64,000 nucleotides of DNA from Candidatus Magasanikbacteria bacterium RIFCSPHIGHO2_02_FULL_48_18. GTDB lineage: Bacteria; Patescibacteriota; Patescibacteriia; Magasanikbacterales; UBA922. Within the stretch, counting starts at the first letter, position 1, and each line of letters starts with the position of its first letter. Made by a program: the position numbers and the translations under genes. Under the pieces are notes generated by a model that saw only the letters and a list, made by a program, of their open reading frames with translations, ran no database searches and was not told the origin of the DNA. Positions 38,130 through 46,400 of the stretch are shown here, piece by piece. The stretch is from the NCBI GenBank assembly GCA_001784285.1, contig MFQC01000009.1:8828-72827 (forward strand). Direction: 5' to 3'.

Positions 38130-38425
38130 ATTTTGATCTTCCCGTCGCTTACATCTTTTAAGAATGCCAGCGCCTCCTTAGGATCATCGAATGAATAATA
38201 ATCACCATTTTTATAATCTTCTTCCGATTCTTTCAGAGCTTTCCGTAAGTATGCGCTTGGCTTTTCTTCTCGTGCATCAAAAAAAATCTGTTTTGTGCGA
38301 ACAAGATCCTTGAGATAGGCATTCACAATACCGCTCAAACTCAACCCCAACTCATCCGCGGTTTTCATTGCGGCGTCTTTTAAGGAGGATTCAATTTTTA
38401 TGGTGATAACAGCTTGTTTTTTCAT
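38126..38425 (-). CDS. RelB/DinJ-family antitoxin
   Basis: N-terminal ribbon-helix-helix (ITIKIE..LK..A...ADELGLSLS); 4-nt overlap with the toxin. Confidence 0.85.
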   Translation of the reverse strand: MKKQAVITIKIESSLKDAAMKTADELGLSLSGIVNAYLKDLVRTKQIFFDAREEKPSAYLRKALKESEEDYKNGDYYSFDDPKEALAFLKDVSDGKIKI

Positions 38426-38445
38426 AAAATACGATTTTACTGTAA

Positions 38446-38483
38446 ACTATACAAAGTATAGTCTTTTGCAAGTCCTTTGTCAA
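38446..38483 (-). promoter_or_regulatory. TA operon promoter with overlapping palindromic operator
   Basis: TTGACA-17 nt-TATACT; palindrome ACTATAC-AAA-GTATAGT (38446-38462) overlaps the -10. Confidence 0.75.
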
Positions 38484-38496
38484 TTCCTCCAAATTG

Positions 38497-38531
38497 AAAA
38501 ACCCTGTATATCTTTAGAACACAGGGTTTTT
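38497..38531. terminator. intrinsic terminator
   Basis: AAAAACCCTGT...ACAGGGTTTTT. Confidence 0.7.
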
Positions 38532-38558
38532 GTATTTATAACTGATTGTGTATACCTC

Positions 38559-40670
38559 TTAAGAGGCCTGAGCGACCCACAGAAGATCATCAATCTCTTC
38601 ACTCAAGAGAACGTCGCCATAGTCAACCGCCACTCTGGAAACTCCTTTTGTAGAGCTGAATCCAACAAAGGTGGTCACGGCATCCGTGATATTGGTTTTG
38701 GTCACTCTTCCAACCACTGCCCCGCTGTTATCATAGGCGGTAACGGTCGCAGTAACTTTTACGCCATACGCCGTGCCGTTGCCAAGGTACATCCCTGCGG
38801 CCTGAACAGGCTTTTGAAAGGTAATAATAAGCGGATCGTTGGCGCTGGTATTTGGATATGTCGCGTCGTTGGCAATGGAATATTCTCCGGACGCGGTCGC
38901 TTCATAACTTCTGTTATAGGGCGTAATATAGATGGCCTTCCCTTTTTGGGAAGAAAAGCCAACGCCCTTGGCGTCCCAATATTTTTTGGTAAGATCCGCG
39001 CCAAAGGTCATGTCTTCAAAATCAATTTTCGAAGGATTGCGCGCCAATAATGATTGAACAGAAATCTCTGTCAGCGTATTGGCATCACTCTCGTCATCCA
39101 CGACGAGTGGTTCCTCATCCGATGTGTCGTAAGAAAAATAGACATAATCTGACCATGGTCCTTTTGACCCGTCTTTTCCAACCGCGCGGACATGCACTTT
39201 ATAGTCATTGTCTCCGGTCAATGGCCCGGCGACAAAACTGGGATAGCTTGATACGTAGACAATTGGCTTTCCATACCAAGAATATGTTCCGTTTTCTTTG
39301 AGGCCCCATTTGAGGCCCCAATAGATTTCAATATCATAATAATCGATATTGGAAACCGATGTCCATGCCAATTCGGCCCTTCGCGGATAATTGGTCAACA
39401 CCGTATTTTGTGATGGTTTTGTAATGGTTGGCGTTCCAAGCGTCTGCGTCTCGACGGGAGCGGCATCCAAGGAAACACTAAACCCAGCCGCGTTGTTTGA
39501 TTCGTTGTGTTCTTCCATAAGGTCTGCCGGGTCAACCGCAATGCTGTAGGCCTGCGCGAGAGAGGTTCGGAAATAGAATGAACCGGCGAGTGACTTGCCC
39601 GCGTCCAGACCAGAGCGGGTGAGCAATCTGCGGCTTCCTTTTCCTTTTTCATTTTTCACCGTAAAGTAAATGCGTCCATCCGCGTCCGCCTCTCCCTTAT
39701 TTTTGACGGAAAAACTTACTTTGAACCGCTGGTACTTGGTGCCCCCGCTGGTATACGAGACTGCGCCTTTTTCAAGAGACACGCTTTCCACAACAAGATC
39801 CGGAAGTTCATCCGAGCCGGGTAATTCCGGGCTTTCTTCATCTTCAAAAATGGTATCCTCTGCATCATTCGTATTCGTAGTATCATTGGATTGGCTGTTG
39901 TCACCTGTTGTTGGCGGCTCCCACTTCACGTTATACATAGTGGAAGAAACACAAGCATACGTGTACTTTTTCATTCCAAGGTTATAACTATCAACATCTT
40001 TCACCCCATCAAGAAGATTGTACACTTGACCAAATTTTGTCACTTTGATTCCCCCCGGGATATTACGGCAATACTCGACCGGAACCGGATTCCACCCGCT
40101 TTCGGGCAAAACACTTTGCGATGGCGTCGCGCTGGTCGCTGAAGAAATGGTAATGGACGCCCCGGTCTTTTCCAAATTCACATCGCCTAAAATAGAACCC
40201 CAGTATCCGCCAGGGATGACCGTTACTTTGATATCATTTTCTTTTGCAATGCCACATCGTGTCTGTCCTGAGGCTGATTGTGCCACGTTAGCAAAAACGC
40301 GAAAATTGGCAGTTCGTCCTTCTGTAAATTGTTTATCGACCGCAAAGAAGATGCGTTCGGTATTATCCGTTAACTTTTGCCAGCTGGTTTGTCTATCAAG
40401 CAAAAGCGAATTCATGTATAAAGTTGCTTCGGTAAAATTATTCCACCCTTCGCACGTTACAGCAATTTGCTGAAGATTGGAATTAAGACTTGCCGTCAAT
40501 TGAAATGCGCTCACTAAGACATCCGGGTCTCCTGGACGAACGGTTTTGGCGTCGAGCGCGACGTGTCCAATCGTCATGGTTGAACCTCCGGCCTGAGCGG
40601 GGTTTGCAATGCCGACCATCGTACCCACGACAAAAACGAAGGTCAAGAATGAAAGAAATACTCTTTTCAT
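38559..40670 (-). CDS. secreted multidomain protein (Ig-like, CARDB-like, FN3-like)
   Basis: Signal peptide ending ANPAQA; LPDLVV...VKNKG...VDP..EHNESNN (CARDB-like); VHVRAV..KGPWSD (FN3-like). Confidence 0.8.
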   Translation of the reverse strand: MKRVFLSFLTFVFVVGTMVGIANPAQAGGSTMTIGHVALDAKTVRPGDPDVLVSAFQLTASLNSNLQQIAVTCEGWNNFTEATLYMNSLLLDRQTSWQKLTDNTERIFFAVDKQFTEGRTANFRVFANVAQSASGQTRCGIAKENDIKVTVIPGGYWGSILGDVNLEKTGASITISSATSATPSQSVLPESGWNPVPVEYCRNIPGGIKVTKFGQVYNLLDGVKDVDSYNLGMKKYTYACVSSTMYNVKWEPPTTGDNSQSNDTTNTNDAEDTIFEDEESPELPGSDELPDLVVESVSLEKGAVSYTSGGTKYQRFKVSFSVKNKGEADADGRIYFTVKNEKGKGSRRLLTRSGLDAGKSLAGSFYFRTSLAQAYSIAVDPADLMEEHNESNNAAGFSVSLDAAPVETQTLGTPTITKPSQNTVLTNYPRRAELAWTSVSNIDYYDIEIYWGLKWGLKENGTYSWYGKPIVYVSSYPSFVAGPLTGDNDYKVHVRAVGKDGSKGPWSDYVYFSYDTSDEEPLVVDDESDANTLTEISVQSLLARNPSKIDFEDMTFGADLTKKYWDAKGVGFSSQKGKAIYITPYNRSYEATASGEYSIANDATYPNTSANDPLIITFQKPVQAAGMYLGNGTAYGVKVTATVTAYDNSGAVVGRVTKTNITDAVTTFVGFSSTKGVSRVAVDYGDVLLSEEIDDLLWVAQAS

Positions 40671-40755
40671 ATAGATTATCCGATTATTCCTTTAAAAAAG
40701 GAGGAAATAAAATGAATGATGTTTATTCCCTTTCTTAAGGGGAAGCTACTATTAA

Positions 40756-40782
40756 GAGACGGGCGGTCGGTACGTTTCTTAC
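40756..40782 (-). promoter_or_regulatory. putative ECF sigma promoter
   Basis: GTAAGA-16 nt-GTCTC, identical boxes and spacing to 43044-43070. Confidence 0.65.
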
Positions 40783-40830
40783 TCATGACACTAACATATA
40801 GTATTTCTTGCCTCAACAGAGCAAAAATTG

Positions 40831-42537
40831 TCAATTCAAAATAACCGAGACTTCATTGCCAGTGTTTTTCTCCTTGAAAAGGAGATCTTTGGAACGCTCG
40901 ACACCGCAAGTGGGCAAAAGACCTGTGGCGCCAACATCAACCACGAGATGAATGTTACCGCTCTTTCCCTTTTCAAAATAAAATGATGGCGCAACACGCA
41001 AAAAAGAAGCTCCTAAACCGGCATCGTGCGTCACATTCCCTGAAACGACTGCCTCATCATGCGCAATTTGGAAAGCGGAAACTGCTCTCGCGGGCCGGCA
41101 TACGACCATCATGGTTTCCAAGGTCACATCACCTTCTGGCACAATGTCAAACGATGTAATCGTATATTGTTTTTCTCCCCTTCTTTCGGACATATCACGA
41201 TGTGTTTGGCGCACCACAACAGAGATATACTCCTGTGACTGCGGTTGCCATAACTCATTGCTTTGCGTGGGCAGGAGAGCATCACTTTCAAAAGTGGACA
41301 CTGGAGGAATGACCGTCTTTTCCGGAAGAATACCCACAGGAGACGACGTGACAAACTCCGCCCTATTATTGGAAGGATCATTGTCCGAGACTGATTCCGT
41401 TCGCTTCGTATCAATTTCAAAACGCACCTCTCGCCTTTCACCGGAGGAAACCGAAAATGATTGCATAAATTCCTGCGTGTATCCGTTTGGCGTGACAAAT
41501 ACAGAATAAGCGCCTTCTGCAACATCGGAAAAAAACATTCCATACAGCCCATTAAATCCTTTGTGGGCCACCAGCCGCTCTCCATTTTCCAAACGGATGT
41601 TGCTACCAGAAATTTCGTTGCCTTCGGTATCGACAACATGAATCCACACGCTGGCGTATACTTTTGGCTCCAGCGTCGCAAAACTCTCGAGACTCTGAAG
41701 AGAAGGAGAGGGTTCTGAGGGAATGGTCGTATCAGCGGCCGCCGTTGGGGCAGACAATATCTCTGGCTCGTTTGGCTCCAGGAACGCCACATCACTTGTT
41801 GTCGTGATAGCAACAGGAAAGGGAACGGACAATTGATACTGCGCGGCGCGCGCTCGCTGTTGTGTTTTCTCAACCGTATCAAAAACGGTTTGGATGTTGT
41901 TTGCGGTGTCTCTTGTATTTTTTTGATCTGCGGACGACACAACACTGCGATATGACTCAAGTGAAAAATCAAGATTGTCTGCGATTGCGACAATCGTTGC
42001 GGTGTCGCCTGCCTCTTCAAAAGAGGCAAGGGCTTGATTGACTTTTTCGCTGTGCTTTTGAATATATTTTTCAAGCTGTACGACAACCGCCGGATCGACC
42101 GCTCCCTGGGACGCCACCAGCGTTTGAATTTCGGTCAATCGCCGACGAACGCGTTCGACTTCCCATTGGGCTTTTTGTTTTTGGGATATTAACATACGGG
42201 AGCGAATTTCCTCGGTGACATTGACTTTGACCGGATAGAGCACATCGCCGGGAAGAGCATGCTCGGCGGCAGACGCCGTACCCGCAAAAAGAGACACAAT
42301 CAAAACACCCACCAATGCCCCATATGCAAAACGTTTCTGAAATACGACGTGCCAAAAAACAAAACCGCTCGGCTTTGTATTGTGCCCGGGCGCATCGCTT
42401 GCGGCTGGCTCATGCGCTTCTTCAAGAGGATGCATTTTCATAAACGAAAAAATTGCTTCGTCCATGGAAGCGCGTTCGTCTTGCGTCAACAGAATAGTTT
42501 CTCGAAATTGTTTTATTTTTTTTATGTTTTCCTCCAT
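40831..42537 (-). CDS. putative anti-sigma factor (DUF5667-like) with extracellular domains
   Basis: Directly follows the ECF sigma gene; TM helix then ALPGDVLYPVK..TEEIR. Confidence 0.75.
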   Translation of the reverse strand: MEENIKKIKQFRETILLTQDERASMDEAIFSFMKMHPLEEAHEPAASDAPGHNTKPSGFVFWHVVFQKRFAYGALVGVLIVSLFAGTASAAEHALPGDVLYPVKVNVTEEIRSRMLISQKQKAQWEVERVRRRLTEIQTLVASQGAVDPAVVVQLEKYIQKHSEKVNQALASFEEAGDTATIVAIADNLDFSLESYRSVVSSADQKNTRDTANNIQTVFDTVEKTQQRARAAQYQLSVPFPVAITTTSDVAFLEPNEPEILSAPTAAADTTIPSEPSPSLQSLESFATLEPKVYASVWIHVVDTEGNEISGSNIRLENGERLVAHKGFNGLYGMFFSDVAEGAYSVFVTPNGYTQEFMQSFSVSSGERREVRFEIDTKRTESVSDNDPSNNRAEFVTSSPVGILPEKTVIPPVSTFESDALLPTQSNELWQPQSQEYISVVVRQTHRDMSERRGEKQYTITSFDIVPEGDVTLETMMVVCRPARAVSAFQIAHDEAVVSGNVTHDAGLGASFLRVAPSFYFEKGKSGNIHLVVDVGATGLLPTCGVERSKDLLFKEKNTGNEVSVILN

Positions 42538-42540
42538 ATA

Positions 42541-43038
42541 TTATGTGGTTATATTTTTTTGTACTTGTTTTATGCCACGATGGATCCGGACAGATACTAC
42601 ATTTTCCGACAACCCCATGATCGTTCCTATTTCTTTTGGCGAAAGTCCATCCATATACCGAAGAAACAAAATTTCACGATATTTTTCACCCAGCTGTTCC
42701 ATTTCGTGGATCACGGCATGAATATCGAGGGCATCCTGCTTGCTGAGTTCTTTGGATACGACGTCAAATCCTGATTCCATCATTTCATCAAGTGATTGTT
42801 CCTTTTTCTTTCGAGAATGATCAACCACAATATGGTAGGCTACTCGGTACAGGAAGGCTTTGATATGGGTGATGTCTTTGCCATCAACCATGTATTTCCA
42901 GACCTTCATAAATGCCTCTTGCGTGAGTTCCCGTGCCAATTCTCTATCGTAAACCCGAAAAAAGAAATAACGCAATATTTCCTCTGCATAGGCACGGTAT
43001 GCTTCCACATACTGATTTTCTCTTTCCTGGTTTGTCAT
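42541..43038 (-). CDS. ECF RNA polymerase sigma-70 factor
   Basis: ARELTQEAFMKVW, FLYRVAYHIVVDHSRK, LSPKEIG..MGLSENVVSVRIHRG. Confidence 0.92.
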   Translation of the reverse strand: MTNQERENQYVEAYRAYAEEILRYFFFRVYDRELARELTQEAFMKVWKYMVDGKDITHIKAFLYRVAYHIVVDHSRKKKEQSLDEMMESGFDVVSKELSKQDALDIHAVIHEMEQLGEKYREILFLRYMDGLSPKEIGTIMGLSENVVSVRIHRGIKQVQKNITT

Positions 43039-43043
43039 AGTAT

Positions 43044-43070
43044 GAGACTATCTTTTGACGAAAATCTTAC
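43044..43070 (-). promoter_or_regulatory. putative autoregulatory ECF promoter (near-leaderless transcript)
   Basis: GTAAGA-16 nt-GTCTC ending 5 nt before the sigma ATG. Confidence 0.65.
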
Positions 43071-43316
43071 AGATGGCCCTAAAACCATACCCTGGTTATA
43101 ATGATACGCGAGAAGTGAACATAAAAAATATAGCCTAAAAAAAACGAAAAAACAACCCTCACGGATGGCCATCTCGATATTTACTGTATTCGCAGACAAT
43201 GGAGACAATTCAGGCAAGCCTTGTGGAAAACTGGTATTGTCAAAAAAAAACGATGCGCTATATACTATGTCTGTTGGATATTTCTTTCCACAAAATCATT
43301 CTTATCCATTTTCTTT

Positions 43317-43421
43317 ATGGCAGAATGTGTCACATGCGGCATGGAGGTCGAAGACGGCCAAACATGCCCAAAATGCGGCAGCTGTTACGACTGCGGCTGT
43401 GAATGCGACGGAGAGGTATAA
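43317..43421 (+). CDS. 34-aa Cys-rich microprotein (zinc-ribbon/metallothionein-like)
   Basis: MAECVTCGMEVEDGQTCPKCGSCYDCGCECDGEV; promoter TTGTCA-18 nt-TATACT (43237-43266) upstream; terminator AAAAACGAGG...CCTCGTTTTT downstream. Confidence 0.65.
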   Translation: MAECVTCGMEVEDGQTCPKCGSCYDCGCECDGEV

Positions 43422-43478
43422 AAGAAAAACGAGGACTTCCCTCGTTTTTTGATTGGAATGAAAAAGTATTGTCTATTG

Positions 43479-46400
43479 TTATGCCCCCCTTCCAAAAAAA
43501 GAACGGAAGAATTCAAAAATTTTTGTCCAAAAATCAAAGGATTTTCGTTCCAAACTCACCGGAGCATGAATAATCGTGGATTCATCCAATATCATAATAC
43601 CCCCGTGATATGGCGCATATCCTGATTTTTCCGCGGCAATATAATATCGGCCGGCAGGAACATGGAACGAATACTCCCCTTTTTCATTGGTAAGAGTCGG
43701 ATTTTCTTGTCCATAGAGTTCTCCGGGCCAGAGAGCATACGCGCCATCCTCTTGCCATTGAAACAATTCCACGCGCGCATGAAACAGCGCTCTCCCCTTT
43801 TGGTCTGTGATCGTGCCGTTGGATATGCTTTGAACTTTTTTGGATACCTTCGTGCGCCCGCCATCTGTTTCGTTGATGGTCATGACCAATGTATATTCCC
43901 CTACCGCTCCTTCCGGAATATCCACGGTGGTTCTGTAGATATTGCCTTCCGAGACAGATGCAAAGGTGTAGGCCTTCAGCCAGCCATTTTGCGCGCTCTC
44001 TTCGTTTTGAACAATTTGCGCGGCATGAACCGACGCCCCAAAAAATCCGGCAAGCGCATGGAAGAGACGCTCACGAGCCGACAGGGATTCTTGTGTCTCT
44101 GCTGATTTTGGATACAGACGGGCGGTAATGCTATGGACCGGTTCTGACGGACGGATAAGAATATCAAAAGAATCGCCGCTTGCTACATCAATCGAGGAAA
44201 TTTGCTGTTTATAAAAACCAGGAGTTTGTTTTGACACGATCACCAAAAATGATTCCCGCGTTTGCACTTCTTTCAAAATATCCTGGACTTCTTTGGCAGT
44301 TACTTCTGAAACCACAAGATTTGGAGATGTTGAGGTGAATGATTGCGTATCTTGTGTATTGGGGAGAACAACACCCTCTCCTTCTTCCCCAACCGGCTGG
44401 TTGATTGGTTGTGTTGGTGTCATTTTTGCCGGCGGCGCATACACAAAAAACCATGGGGAGGGTGTGGATGTTCTCCCGAGACTGTCGGTTTGTGTCACGG
44501 ATATTGGATATGTCCCGGCCGGAATTTGATCAAGAATGGTCAATGAAAAAATTCCTTCAGGATCCACCGTAACCGAATATATCGTCTCGAGGATGGAGAC
44601 GGCAATCGTTGCTCCGGGGAAACCAGTCCCTTCGACCACGAACGGAAGTTTTGTAATGGTGGCGCCATTCTTCGGGGCAATAATAACAGGCGGCGCGAGC
44701 GGCCCCGTTTTTTCAAGAACGACCTGCGCGCTTTTCACAGCTGAAACAACGCCGCTCACGGTTCGCACTTTCGCATAGACGACATATATCCCTTCCATGT
44801 CAGGAAGATCAAAACCAATATCCTCACCGGTGTACGATTGCCAGCCGATACCTTGAAATCCAGAACTGAGAGAAAATGCAACTTCTACCGCATCGGGTGA
44901 AACCCCCTCAAGACGAAGCGTAATATGCGAATTGGTGGTTTGCGTTTTTGCGGCGCCATCGATAAGAAGTCCATCAAAGGCAATGGCCGATGGCAATGCC
45001 AACGGTCCAACAGGGAGAGAGGCGCCGGAAGTACTTCCGGAATCTGACGATACCGCAGTCTGGGAATAGACGCCAAAAAATGTCGTATGCACAGTATGAA
45101 CAATCAGATCATTTCCAGAATCAACCGAACACTCCCCGCTTCCTCCAACTCCGACATTTGTGGGATTGTTTTCGTCATCACAGACAACAGTAATGGGCGT
45201 GAGCGTGCCGCCAGACGATGCGGTATATCCGGCCACATAGCCGGCCTGTCCCGGGAAAGTTATTTTGACCGGATTTGTGAGCGAACACGTGGTATTGGGC
45301 GCGCCCACCTGCACCACTTTCTTGGCACTCATAGTGTAGCCGCTGACTGCTGGCAAGGCCACTATTGAGGCGTCAACCAATGTGGGAATTTGAAATTTGG
45401 TCCACGAAGAATCGGCACACGAAATAATAGTCCCCGACGGGATATTCATGTCAACATTATTTTCTTCGGTCGTTGAATTTTTATTGATGCTGATGGCCTG
45501 GCTTGTCGTGACAAACCCGGATTCCTTGACCCGCTTCATATTCAAATAAACCGGGGCGTTGTCGGCGACAGAAGACGCTATGGTGACACTTTGCAACAAT
45601 CCCGTTGTTTTGTTTGGAAGACTGCCGCCCAAAACAATTTCCGCCTGTGCCGCGTCTGTCACCGTCACTGCGTTATTTATGCGTGCGTCAAAAAATACCT
45701 GCGTGCTTTCCACAGCGGAATAATCACAGACTTGAGAAGACAACGCTGTCTCAACTGCATTTCCATTGCGCGCTTTTATTTGAAAACAATATTCTTCGTT
45801 CGGGTCAACGCCGGAAATGCCGACCGCACTCCAGGTGGAGGTTGCCTGCCACGTTTCACTTGCTCCGGAAAGGACCCCTTCAGCATTGGCCCACAAACCG
45901 GTCGACACCTCATACAGCGCATATTCTGTTGCAGAGGGATTGTTTATTGGAATAATGGAAAATGGCATGGTCGTCGAAGTCACTGAATCGGACGATATCT
46001 GCATGGATGGAACGTTCGCGAGCGTATACGTCGTTCCTGTCGCGGTTGTTGTCTGTATGCCGTCGCCGTTCACTCCATAGACTGTGTAGACGTAGGCGGT
46101 ATTCGGGGACAGATTGGTATTGGCCCACGAAGCGCCGCTCGTCACATCTTGCGTCGCCCGGACGCCATTTGAAAAATGCAAGAGCGATGAACCTGATCCC
46201 ATATTGGGGAACGAACCTTCTGCGGTCGCTGTGATACTGCTTGTGGTGACGGACGAAAAAGACACGCCTGTCGGGGCACCAAGCAATGTATACACGGTTG
46301 CCTCTGTCATGGCGGTTTCCGAATCGTCTTGATTTTTTGCTTTTACTTGAATCGTATAGGCCGTATTGGCGCTCAACCCGCTCTGTGTCCAGCTTGTTTC

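Noticed and set aside
41124-42086. 320-aa alternative-frame ORF inside the anti-sigma gene
   Set aside because: Fully nested on the same strand, Arg/Gln/Cys-biased, with no recognisable motif.
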